64,000 bases of DNA from NCBI GenBank assembly GCA_964348275.1, contig CAYGBT010000004.1, positions 45,449 through 109,448 on the forward strand, in the 5' to 3' direction. This document shows, in pieces, positions 40,238 to 49,277 of this stretch. A program made the translations under genes and the position numbers. The notes under the pieces were generated by a model, which was given only the letters and a program-made list of their open reading frames with translations, had not been told where the DNA came from and did no database searches. Each line of letters starts with the position of its first letter. Within the stretch, counting starts at the first letter, position 1. This stretch comes from an uncultured bacterium (GTDB lineage: Bacteria > Methylomirabilota > Methylomirabilia > Methylomirabilales > CSP1-5).

Positions 40238-41374
40238 TCAGCTTCGACTCGTCACCTTCGCTCGAATCCTGGCCTCTTCGACGGTGTGCAGGGTCTCTGC
40301 AACCGCAGTCTTGAGCGCGGCAAGCCCTCTGCCTGTCTTCGCCGAGGTGACGACCGACATGGGCCGACGGGTCAGGAAGGTAACTGCCTCAGGATGTGGA
40401 AGCTTGTCGACTTTGTTGTAAACGTTAATGAGCGGCTTATCGGCCACTTCGAGCTCCTCTAAAACCGCAATCACCCCCTGCTCCTGGCTTTGCCACTGAA
40501 GATGGGAGATATCGATCACGTGGAGTAACAGGTCTGCTGCCCCCACTTCCTCCAAAGTTGCCTTGAACGCCGCCACCAGCTGATGGGGGAGCTTTCTGAT
40601 GAATCCCACCGTATCGGACAGGAGGATCACCCGGTCATCGGGCAAAGTCACCTTCCGGAGGGTCGGGTCCAGGGTGGCGAAGAATTTATCGGCAACCGGT
40701 AAGTTGGCGTGGGTCAACGCGTTCAGCAACGATGACTTCCCTGCGTTCGTGTATCCCACGAGGGCTGCCGTCGGGAGAGCCTGTTTCTGTCGATGGCGGC
40801 GCAGCAGTGCCCGATGGCGTCGGACTTTCTCCAGCGCCTCCTCAATCTTGTCGATGCGGCGACGAATCCGTCGACGGTCCACCTCCAGCTGCGTCTCACC
40901 CGGGCCTCGAGTCCCGATTCCACCACCCAGCCGGGATAACTCGACGCCATGGCCGGTGAGGCGCGGAAGAAGATATTTGAGCTGGGCAAGCTCGACTTGG
41001 AGCTTCCCCTCCCTTGACCGGGCCCGCTGGGCAAAGATATCTAGGATGAGCCCGGTGCGGTCGATCACCTTTCGCCCGACGGTCGCTTCGAGATTCCGCT
41101 GCTGGGAACCGGTCAGGTCATCGTCAAAGATGACCAGATCGATCCCCTCTTCACAGAGTTCTTTGACCTCCTGGGCCTTGCCCGGACCGATTAGCATCCG
41201 CGGATCGGGCAGCGATCGCTCTTGGAGCACGCGGAGGGCCGGCTCAGCCCCTGCGGCAATCGCCAGCTGGGCGAGCTCATCGAGAGAGTCTTCGGCCTGC
41301 CACCGAGATTGGTAAATTCGCCTCAGCCCGATGAGAAGCGCCACCTCACGTTGTGGAAAGGACACCGTTTTCAC
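40238..41374 (-). CDS. hflX: GTPase HflX
   Basis: HflX N-domain plus G domain (...VGYTNAGKSSLLNAL...DTVGFI...). Confidence 0.9.
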   Translation of the reverse strand: MKTVSFPQREVALLIGLRRIYQSRWQAEDSLDELAQLAIAAGAEPALRVLQERSLPDPRMLIGPGKAQEVKELCEEGIDLVIFDDDLTGSQQRNLEATVGRKVIDRTGLILDIFAQRARSREGKLQVELAQLKYLLPRLTGHGVELSRLGGGIGTRGPGETQLEVDRRRIRRRIDKIEEALEKVRRHRALLRRHRQKQALPTAALVGYTNAGKSSLLNALTHANLPVADKFFATLDPTLRKVTLPDDRVILLSDTVGFIRKLPHQLVAAFKATLEEVGAADLLLHVIDISHLQWQSQEQGVIAVLEELEVADKPLINVYNKVDKLPHPEAVTFLTRRPMSVVTSAKTGRGLAALKTAVAETLHTVEEARIRAKVTSRS

Positions 41375-42249
41375 CGAAGTTGTTTGCGTACCTCCTTGGC
41401 CCGCTGAAACTCCTGCATCAGGCGAGTCCCATCCTGCCTCCGAATCATCTCCTCAATCTGCTCGAGAACCTTCCGGAACCTTGCGATGGCCTCCAGTACC
41501 TCTCCGCGATTTTCAATCAGGATATCACGCCACATGACGGGATGAGAGGACGCAATCCGAGTGAAATCGCGAAGCCCACCAGCACTAAACCTCAAAAGAT
41601 CCTCCCCCCCGTCTGCCAGGTTCGCGATGGTTCCGATGAGCGCGTAGGCCACAACATGCGGCAGATGACTCACCAGGGCGAAGATCTGATCGTGTCGGAA
41701 CGGATCCATCAGGACCACGTGAGATCCTACCCTTTCCCATAGGCGAATGACGTGTTTGAGCGCCTCCTCTGGGGTCCGGGAAGTCGGCGTGAGAACACAC
41801 AGGCTTCCATGAAAGAGCCCCGCCGAGGCAGCGTCGGGGCCGGAGCGCTCATTCCCGGCGATTGGATGTGAAGGAACGTAGGATCGGCCGGGAGGGATTT
41901 CTGCCTCCACCTGGGCGACGAGGTCTCCTTTCACACTTCCGACGTCAGTGATGATACATCCCGGCCCGAGATAGGGTCCGATGGCGTGAACCACTTCTGC
42001 CATGGCCCCGATCGGAACCGCTACCACGACAAGGTCGGCCCCTTCTACCCCTGCGGGAAGATCGCCCACTTGGTCGACGAGGCCCAGGGCGAGAGCCTGG
42101 TTCAGATGGGTTCGGTCCGCATCCAGCCCGATCACGCGAGTGGCAATCCCGCCCCGGCAGGCCTGAGCCAGACTCCCCCCGATCAGCCCCACACCAATCA
42201 CTACCATCCGCTCGAACAGCGGCTCTGCCTTTGCTGGATCATGGTTCAT
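41371..42249 (-). CDS. tyrA: Prephenate dehydrogenase
   Basis: ...MVVIGVGLIGGSLA... Rossmann fold plus a PDH domain. The start codon ATGAACC lies inside heptamer array H6. Confidence 0.88.
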   Translation of the reverse strand: MNHDPAKAEPLFERMVVIGVGLIGGSLAQACRGGIATRVIGLDADRTHLNQALALGLVDQVGDLPAGVEGADLVVVAVPIGAMAEVVHAIGPYLGPGCIITDVGSVKGDLVAQVEAEIPPGRSYVPSHPIAGNERSGPDAASAGLFHGSLCVLTPTSRTPEEALKHVIRLWERVGSHVVLMDPFRHDQIFALVSHLPHVVAYALIGTIANLADGGEDLLRFSAGGLRDFTRIASSHPVMWRDILIENRGEVLEAIARFRKVLEQIEEMIRRQDGTRLMQEFQRAKEVRKQLR

Positions 42250-42279
42250 GGTTCAAAGTTCACGGCAGTCAAACTTTCG
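42237..42279. repeat. Heptamer array H6 (aroF/tyrA junction; partial element)
   Basis: GATCATG GTTCATG GTTCAAA GTTCACG, then a short hairpin CAAAGTTCAC-GGCA-GTCAAACTTTG. There is no long opposite arm. A 10-bp palindrome ATTTCGAAAT follows. Confidence 0.55.
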
Positions 42280-42317
42280 AATTTCGAAATCGGTCGGGGG
42301 GTCGGTTATCGCATTGT

Positions 42318-43331
42318 TCACAGGCTTCGACCCACAATCGGTGCCAAGGCCCGGATCTGCTCCATCAGTGCGACAAACCGGTCGGGGATCAAGGCCTGAG
42401 GTCCATCCGAGAGGGCCAACTCTGGTTGGGGATGCACTTCGACCATGAGCCCATCCGCCCCCACGGCGATGGCAGCCAGGGATAAAGGAGCAACGAGATC
42501 CCACTTCCCGGTTCCGTGACTTGGATCGACAATCACTGGAAGGTGGGAGAGCTGCTTGAGCCCTGGAACCGCTGAAAGATCCAGGGTGTTCCGAGTGTAA
42601 TCCTCAAAGGTTCGAATGCCCCGCTCGCACAGGACAATGTTATAGTTCCCCTCAGACATGATGTATTCGGCTGACATGAGGAGCTCTTTGATCGTGGAAC
42701 TCATTCCCCGTTTGAGGAAGACCGGTTTGCGGTGGATGCCCACCTCCTTGAGGAGACGAAAGTTTTGCATATTCCTCGCGCCGATCTGGACCATGTCTGC
42801 ATACTTCATGACGAGATCCGCATCCCGTGGGTCCATTAGTTCGGTGACCACCGGCAGCCCAGTGATCTCCCGAACTTCGGCTAGATACTGGAGCGCTTCC
42901 TCTCCCAGTCCCTGGAACGAGTATGGAGACGTCCTGGGCTTAAACGCCCCGCCTCTCAGTAGGTTGGCTCCCGCATCCTTGACCACCCGTGCAGTATCCA
43001 GCAACATCTGCCGACCCTCCACAGAACAGGGGCCGGCAATCACCGCTAATCGTTTACCCCCCACCACCGTGCCATTGACTTCGACCACGCTAGGCTCGGA
43101 CTTGAAATCGCGGCTCGCGAGTTTGAAGGGCTTCAAAATGGCGAGGACCTCTTCAACGCCGGGCAAGGCCTGGAATGGGACATTGCGGAGGATCCGCTCA
43201 TCTCCGATGGCTCCGATAATGGTCCGTTCCACTCCCTTGGAGATATGGGGTTTGAGTCCGTGCTGGGTGATTCGTTCCACCACCTGGTCGATGTCAGCCT
43301 GCGTGGCGGTGGATCGCATGACGATGATCAT
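42318..43331 (-). CDS. aroF: 3-deoxy-7-phosphoheptulonate (DAHP) synthase, type I-beta with N-terminal regulatory domain
   Basis: 337 aa. The N-terminal ~70 aa ferredoxin-like domain (MIIVMRSTATQADIDQVVERI...) is followed by a KDSA-like TIM barrel (...IAGPCSVE...KPRTSPYSFQG...), as in the Thermotoga-type enzyme. Confidence 0.85.
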   Translation of the reverse strand: MIIVMRSTATQADIDQVVERITQHGLKPHISKGVERTIIGAIGDERILRNVPFQALPGVEEVLAILKPFKLASRDFKSEPSVVEVNGTVVGGKRLAVIAGPCSVEGRQMLLDTARVVKDAGANLLRGGAFKPRTSPYSFQGLGEEALQYLAEVREITGLPVVTELMDPRDADLVMKYADMVQIGARNMQNFRLLKEVGIHRKPVFLKRGMSSTIKELLMSAEYIMSEGNYNIVLCERGIRTFEDYTRNTLDLSAVPGLKQLSHLPVIVDPSHGTGKWDLVAPLSLAAIAVGADGLMVEVHPQPELALSDGPQALIPDRFVALMEQIRALAPIVGRSL

Positions 43332-44494
43332 TGTGTACTCCTCCCACCTGTGGTGTCCGAAGCCCTCACTGCTGTCTCCACCTCGCTGAGAACCTCGGTG
43401 AGGGCTTCGATAGCCCGGGTGTTCTCGCGAGGTGTCCCTACCGTTACACGAATATGCGCCGGGAGACCATACCCTTCCATGGATCTGACAATGACCCCCT
43501 TCTGGAGGAGGGCATCGGCGACTCTCCTTCCGTTCATTCCTACGTCTACGAGAATGAAATTCGCCACGCTAGGAATACAGATCAGTCCCAATTCCTTCAA
43601 GCGGGTCTCAATGGCCCGCCTTCCTGCCTCCGTGATCCGCACCGTCTCCTCGAGGTGGCCCGTATCGTCCAGAGCCGCCAAGGCCGCCTTCTGGGCTAAC
43701 GTATTCACGTTGAAGGGCTGCCGAACCCGATTCAGAACCTCCACCATCTCACCGGAAGCAATCCCGAAACCGATCCGCAGTCCCGCGAGACCATACGCCT
43801 TTGAAAAAGTTCTCAGGGTCAGGAGATAGCGTCCCTCTCGAATATGCCTGAGGACATCCGGCCGAAGATGCCGCGGCACATACTCCCGATACGCCTCATC
43901 CACCACCAAGATGACATCCCGGGGAAGCTCCTGCACAAAATCATGCAAGTCCGTCGGAGCAACGCAGGTCCCAGTGGGATTGTTGGGGTTTCCAAGGAAG
44001 ACCATCTTCGTCCGCGCAGTCACCGCCTGGAGCATCCGACTCAGATCATGAGTGAAATCCGTGAGGGAGACTTCTCGGATCTGGCACCCGACGGCGCGAC
44101 AGACACTCCGGTATACGACAAAGGCAGGATCGCCCATCACCGCCTCATCTCCCGGCCCCAAGAAGGCGCGGGTTACAAGTTCTAACAGTTCATTGCTCCC
44201 GTTACCAAAGCAAAGCTCCTCCGGACTCACGCCCAGGCGCCGACTGAGTCCCTCCCGTAGGTTGTGACAGCCCCCATCGGGATATCGGTGAAGCCCCTGA
44301 AGCGCTTCCCGGATCGCCTGCAACGCCATTGGAGAGGGACCCAGGGGATTCTCGTTCGAGGCGAGCTTGAGCACTTCATCAAGGCCGAGATCCCGCTCCA
44401 CCTCCTCTATGGGCCTCCCCGGGCTATACGGGGCGAGCCCGAGAACCTGGGGCTGTGCTAACTCCTCGAGTGACTTGAAGTTCCCTTGCACCAT
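43328..44494 (-). CDS. hisC: Histidinol-phosphate/aromatic aminotransferase
   Basis: ...KLASNENPLGPSP...YPD...FSKAYGLAGLRIG... class-II aminotransferase. Embedded in an aromatic amino-acid cluster. Confidence 0.85.
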   Translation of the reverse strand: MVQGNFKSLEELAQPQVLGLAPYSPGRPIEEVERDLGLDEVLKLASNENPLGPSPMALQAIREALQGLHRYPDGGCHNLREGLSRRLGVSPEELCFGNGSNELLELVTRAFLGPGDEAVMGDPAFVVYRSVCRAVGCQIREVSLTDFTHDLSRMLQAVTARTKMVFLGNPNNPTGTCVAPTDLHDFVQELPRDVILVVDEAYREYVPRHLRPDVLRHIREGRYLLTLRTFSKAYGLAGLRIGFGIASGEMVEVLNRVRQPFNVNTLAQKAALAALDDTGHLEETVRITEAGRRAIETRLKELGLICIPSVANFILVDVGMNGRRVADALLQKGVIVRSMEGYGLPAHIRVTVGTPRENTRAIEALTEVLSEVETAVRASDTTGGRSTQ

Positions 44495-44526
44495 TCACCG
44501 TCTCCTGGTTCCTGTCACTTGTCTAC

Positions 44527-45630
44527 TCAGCTCTTCGCCCGGAGGGGCTCCTTCGGATACGATCCCAAGATCTTCAGAAAAAGGCATTCCTCCCGAAGCC
44601 CCTCCAGGGCAGCCTTCACTCGTGTATCCTCAGCATGCCCTTCGAAATCCACGTAAAAGATATACTCCCAGACCCGATAGCGGGATGGTCGTGACTCGAT
44701 CTTGGTCAAATTGATCTGATTGTGGGCGAAGGGCTCGAGGATGCGGTACAGAGCCCCTACCCGATCCCGAATCGTGAACAAGATGGAAGTCTTGTCCTGA
44801 CCGGTCACCGGACACGGCACCTGTCCGACCACAAGGAAGCGAGTAAAATTATACGGACTGTCTTCAATCCGCGAGGCCACCACCTTAAGCTCGTAAAGGC
44901 GACTTGCAAGCTCAGAGGCGATAGCTGCTGTTGTCTCATCCTGGGAGGCAAGCTCCGCTGCCGCCGCTGTCGACGATACCTCGACGAGAGTGGCCTTTGG
45001 CATGTTTGCCTCCAGCCACTTTCGTGATTGGGCGATGGCATGCGGATGGGAGTAGATTTTAACAATCCGCCCTTTCTCCCCGTGCTTGGAAAGAAGGTGA
45101 TGGGAGACCTCCATGAGAATCTCGCCACAAATCTTCACGTCGGAATCGACGAACATGTCGAGGGTATGGCTTACCACTCCCTCGGTCGAGTTCTCCACGG
45201 GCACGACCCCATAATCTGCCTTCCCCTTCTCCACCTCGGTAAAGACCTCACCAATCCCACGAGTTGCGACATACTCTGCCAGCAGTCCAAATCGCTTCAT
45301 GCAGGCCATATGCGTGAACGTCGCCTGAGGACCAAGGTAGGCCACCTTGAGGGGCTGCTCGAGGGAAAGACACGCTGAGAGAATTTCCCGGTAAACCGCC
45401 TTGACCGCCCTGCTGGGGAATGGTCCGCGGTTTTCCCGAGTAAGCCGAAGGATAATCTCTTCTTCCCGTTGCGGTGAGTGGTAAGCAACATTTCCCTTGG
45501 TCTTCTCCTCCCCGACCCGCACGACGATCTCGGCCCGATGATTCAAGAGCTCGAGGATCTGGCTGTCGATGGCATCGATCTGGCGCCGAAATTCCTCGAT
45601 TCCCATCCGTTTTTTCTTATCCGCGCACAT
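44527..45630 (-). CDS. pheA: Bifunctional chorismate mutase / prephenate dehydratase (P-protein)
   Basis: N-terminal CM (…IDAIDSQILELLNHRA…), PDT domain, and C-terminal ACT (…ESRPS…). The start may be the internal Met at 45606. Confidence 0.9.
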   Translation of the reverse strand: MCADKKKRMGIEEFRRQIDAIDSQILELLNHRAEIVVRVGEEKTKGNVAYHSPQREEEIILRLTRENRGPFPSRAVKAVYREILSACLSLEQPLKVAYLGPQATFTHMACMKRFGLLAEYVATRGIGEVFTEVEKGKADYGVVPVENSTEGVVSHTLDMFVDSDVKICGEILMEVSHHLLSKHGEKGRIVKIYSHPHAIAQSRKWLEANMPKATLVEVSSTAAAAELASQDETTAAIASELASRLYELKVVASRIEDSPYNFTRFLVVGQVPCPVTGQDKTSILFTIRDRVGALYRILEPFAHNQINLTKIESRPSRYRVWEYIFYVDFEGHAEDTRVKAALEGLREECLFLKILGSYPKEPLRAKS

Positions 45631-45684
45631 CTCTGCCTGAACCTCAGCGCATCCTATTCGTCGACGGAAAAAGCCGCAACCCGC

Positions 45685-46257
45685 TCATGGTCCTTCTTCC
45701 TTCGTTTCTCCGGTCTTACCCATGTCTCGCCTTACCGGGGTAAGGGCTTCGATCTCTTGCGTGGAAGGTAGCTCTGTAAGGTCCTGGAAGCCGAAATGCT
45801 CCAGGAACCTCCGCGTGGTCCCGTAGAGCAGTGGTCTCCCCACCTCCCGCTTCCGTCCGAGGATCCGGACGAGCTCCCGTTCCATGAGAGTCTTCAAAAC
45901 TCCGTCTACCATCACACCTCGGATGGTTTCGATCTCGGCCTTGGTGATCGGTTGCCGGTAGGCAATGATAGCCAAAGTCTCGAGCGCAGGGCGGGACAGC
46001 CTCGCCGGTCGTGTCTTGGCCAAGCGGCTCAGGCACCGGTGCAGATCGGGTCGGGTCGCCATTCGATAGCCGCCGGCGACCTGAACTACACAGAGCCCAG
46101 AACCTTTTTTTTCGTATGTTTCCTTAAGAATGTTTAGGTACTGTATTATGTTTTCTTTCGTTGCCTCTCCTAAAATCACTTGCAGCTGATCGAGCGACAC
46201 CGGGTCAGGAGAGGCGAATAAGACCGCCTCTAAGATCGCGATCTCTTCTTGATTCAT
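45685..46257 (-). CDS. scpB: Segregation and condensation protein B
   Basis: MNQEEIAILEAVLFAS...AGGYRM.T...; ATGA overlap with scpA. The ORF-track extension upstream is discounted. Confidence 0.88.
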   Translation of the reverse strand: MNQEEIAILEAVLFASPDPVSLDQLQVILGEATKENIIQYLNILKETYEKKGSGLCVVQVAGGYRMATRPDLHRCLSRLAKTRPARLSRPALETLAIIAYRQPITKAEIETIRGVMVDGVLKTLMERELVRILGRKREVGRPLLYGTTRRFLEHFGFQDLTELPSTQEIEALTPVRRDMGKTGETKEEGP

Positions 46258-46961
46258 GCTACGGCCTGCCTGATCATGATATCGCCGAACTGAACCCCTT
46301 GCTGGACGCGCACCGCCCCTTGTCGCAGGAGCTCCAGGAGGGCCAGAAAGGTTACAATCACGAGCCAACGTTGGGCGTCCGAAGGAAACAGCCCTGCAAA
46401 GGCCACGGGTCCTTCCGTCGCCAGCCGGTCGAGGATTGCCACCATCCGCTCCGCCGTCGTCACCGGACGGGGAACAAGGTCTAACACCGGCTCATCCTTG
46501 ACGCGGGCCAGGACATCCCGGAAGGCTCCAAGCAGATCGAAAAGACTGACCTCCAGGACGCCTCCAGCCGCGGGAATCTCGAGAGGACTCGCGCGGAAAA
46601 AGAACTGACGCTGGTGGTCCTCCCGCCCCGCCAAGGTCTGGGCGGCACCTTGGAAGCGCTCGTACTCCAAGAGCATATCGACCAGGGCGGTTCGAGGATC
46701 CTCTTCGGCTGCCTCTCCCTCGGCCGCGGTTTCGGCCGGCAATAGCATCCTGGATTTGATATACACAAGCGTCGCCGCCATGACAAGAAACTCCCCGGCT
46801 ACCTCCAGGTCCAGCTCTTGGAGCAAGGTGAGATACTGGAAGTATTCGTCGGTAATCCGTGCGATTGGAATATCATATATATCGATCTCGTTGACGCGGA
46901 TGAGATGCAGGAGCAGGTCTAAGGGCCCCTCAAATGCCGGAAGCTTTACTTGGTAGACCAC
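46254..46961 (-). CDS. scpA: Segregation and condensation protein A
   Basis: ...FEGPLDLLLHLI....EIDIYDIPI..ITDEY... Confidence 0.9.
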   Translation of the reverse strand: MVYQVKLPAFEGPLDLLLHLIRVNEIDIYDIPIARITDEYFQYLTLLQELDLEVAGEFLVMAATLVYIKSRMLLPAETAAEGEAAEEDPRTALVDMLLEYERFQGAAQTLAGREDHQRQFFFRASPLEIPAAGGVLEVSLFDLLGAFRDVLARVKDEPVLDLVPRPVTTAERMVAILDRLATEGPVAFAGLFPSDAQRWLVIVTFLALLELLRQGAVRVQQGVQFGDIMIRQAVA

Positions 46962-47344
46962 ACAGCCTCCTCCCCCAGAGTGAGATGGGGCAGCATCTTT
47001 TGCATCCGCTTTGGGCCGATCCCCGGGACCTCCTGCAGATCCGAGAGGCGCTCGAAAGGACCGTGCATTTCCCGAAACCGTACAATGCCTTCGGCCAGTG
47101 TAGGGCCTATTCCCGGTAGGTTGGTCAGGCGCTGGGCGGTGGCCCGATTCGGATTTACGCGCAGTTTTTCGGCGGAACGAGACAGATCCGTTGGAAGATG
47201 CGAGCGAACCTCAACCTCCGATCGGATCCCAAATCCCGATTCCTCGTCCACCGTCACGGGCCAACGGAATGTCACAACGACTAACACGAGTAGAAGCAGC
47301 GCGGCAAAAATGCCATCTGCCGGCTCGAAGACGCGCAGTCTCAT
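46946..47344 (-). CDS. comEA: ComEA-like helix-hairpin-helix DNA-binding protein
   Basis: N-terminal TM helix, then ...[33 protein letters not shown]....[11 protein letters not shown]... Confidence 0.85.
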   Translation of the reverse strand: MRLRVFEPADGIFAALLLLVLVVVTFRWPVTVDEESGFGIRSEVEVRSHLPTDLSRSAEKLRVNPNRATAQRLTNLPGIGPTLAEGIVRFREMHGPFERLSDLQEVPGIGPKRMQKMLPHLTLGEEAVWSTK

Positions 47345-48573
47345 TGCTCCCCCGTTTGCTGAGTCCCCAGCTGGAAGACATCGTGGAGGACCCGCACCGC
47401 CAGCTCGGTGTACTTTTCCTCGATGATGCAGGAAACCTTAATTTCTGAAGTGCTGATCATCATGATGTTGATGTTCTCTGCCGCCAAAGCGCCAAACATC
47501 CTGGCCGCTACTCCAGAGTGGGTCCGCATTCCCACCCCCACGATCGAGACCTTGGCAATGCGATCGTCTCCCAGGATCTGATCCGCCCCGATCTCTTTGG
47601 CCACGCCTTCCACCAGCTCCCTGGCCTTGTGAAAATCAGTCCGGGGGACGGTAAAGGAGATATCAGTATGCCCATCCTGGCTAATGTTCTGAACGATCAT
47701 GTCCACAACAATTCCCGCATCCGCTACCCTGCCAAAGAGTCTGGCGGCGATCCCAGGGCGATCAACCACCCGCGTAATGGTGATCTTCGCCTCGTTCTTG
47801 TCATAGGTAATCCCCGAGACCGCAACCCTCTCCATATCTCGATCCTCCTGCACCACGAGCGTTCCTGGCCTCTTGGTGAAGCTCGAACGGACGTGGATGG
47901 ATACATTGTAGTTCTTGGCATACTCGACTGCACGTGCCTGGAGGACTTTAGCCCCCAAGCTGGCGATTTCGATCATCTCCTCATACGCGACGCGGGGAAG
48001 CATGCGAGCCGTAGGGACTAGGTCAGGATCAGCCGTGTACACCCCCTCCACATCCGTGTAGATCTCACAAACATCGGCCTTCAAGGCAGCGGCCAATGCG
48101 ACAGCAGTGAGATCCGACCCTCCGCGACCGAGGGTGGTGACTTCCTCCTCCGCGTTCACCCCCTGAAAGCCAGCCACGATGGCGATTTCGCCCTCCTGCA
48201 GCACTTGTCGGATTCGCTCGACGTCAATATTAAGAATGCGGGCTCTGGTATGCACGTTATCTGTGAGAATACGCACCTGGGTTCCAGTAAACGAGCGCGC
48301 TCTTGAGCCAGTGTCCTGAATGGCCAATGAGAGCAGGCCGATGGCCACCTGTTCTCCTGTGGCCAGGATGACATCCAGCTCCCGTGTATCCGGGGATCCC
48401 GTGATCTGATGAGCGAGTTGGAGGAGACGATCGGTCTCACCCGCGATGGCCGAAACAACCACGACCACCTCATTCCCGGCCTCCCTTACGTCCACAATCC
48501 GTCGAGCGACTTGCTTGAGCCGTCCGACGTCTCCCACCGAGGTTCCTCCATATTTCTGGACGATCAGAGCCAA
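47341..48573 (-). CDS. lysC: Aspartate kinase
   Basis: [14 protein letters not shown]... kinase domain plus two C-terminal ACT domains. Confidence 0.94.
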   Translation of the reverse strand: MALIVQKYGGTSVGDVGRLKQVARRIVDVREAGNEVVVVVSAIAGETDRLLQLAHQITGSPDTRELDVILATGEQVAIGLLSLAIQDTGSRARSFTGTQVRILTDNVHTRARILNIDVERIRQVLQEGEIAIVAGFQGVNAEEEVTTLGRGGSDLTAVALAAALKADVCEIYTDVEGVYTADPDLVPTARMLPRVAYEEMIEIASLGAKVLQARAVEYAKNYNVSIHVRSSFTKRPGTLVVQEDRDMERVAVSGITYDKNEAKITITRVVDRPGIAARLFGRVADAGIVVDMIVQNISQDGHTDISFTVPRTDFHKARELVEGVAKEIGADQILGDDRIAKVSIVGVGMRTHSGVAARMFGALAAENINIMMISTSEIKVSCIIEEKYTELAVRVLHDVFQLGTQQTGEQ

Positions 48574-48574
48574 C

Positions 48575-49144
48575 TCACTCCCCCTTGGACCGAACGGTCA
48601 CCCCAAGGTCCAGCTGCCGCCAAAACCGGAGGAAGTAGTCTGTTCCTGAAACGGTGCTCAGGACAACCGCCACCCCTAATGCAAGCCCTCCCGCGCTGAG
48701 GGGGATCCCGGGAAGGCGCGACATCCCCGGATCGAGGATCAGGAAGATTACCGCAACAACTTCCGCTGCCATCTTGTATTTGCCGAGCTGAGAGGCAGCG
48801 ATAATCAGCCCCTGTGAGGCAGCAATGCCTCTGAGCCCGGTAATCGCGATATCTCGTCCGATAAGGACGGTCGCCACCCAAGCCGGCACCCGGCCAATCT
48901 CTACCAAGGAGATGAGCGCCGCCGCGATCAACAGTTTGTCGGCAATGGGGTCTAAGAGCTGACCCAGGGTGGTGACCTGTCTGCGCCTCCGGGCAATCCG
49001 ACCATCCAGCCAATCGGTGAACACCGCTGCCAGAAAGATGGCCGCCGCCGGATAATTACGGGGCTCAGCGTTGGCGATCAGGAAAACCACAAGGAAGGGA
49101 ACGAGGAAGATTCGAACTAGGCTAAGTGTATTCGGCAGATTCAC
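48575..49144 (-). CDS. pgsA: CDP-diacylglycerol--glycerol-3-phosphate 3-phosphatidyltransferase
   Basis: [13 protein letters not shown]...[32 protein letters not shown] start. Confidence 0.88.
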   Translation of the reverse strand: MNLPNTLSLVRIFLVPFLVVFLIANAEPRNYPAAAIFLAAVFTDWLDGRIARRRRQVTTLGQLLDPIADKLLIAAALISLVEIGRVPAWVATVLIGRDIAITGLRGIAASQGLIIAASQLGKYKMAAEVVAVIFLILDPGMSRLPGIPLSAGGLALGVAVVLSTVSGTDYFLRFWRQLDLGVTVRSKGE

Positions 49145-49277
49145 TGAAGGCCACCCGATGTCATGTAACCCAGCAGATGAAGTTCTTAACCGGGATCATC
49201 CTTCGGAAAAGCACCCCCCCCGACAAAGGGAATCCGACGGCCGGGGAGCCTGTTCTGATTTACCCTGATCGGTCCCA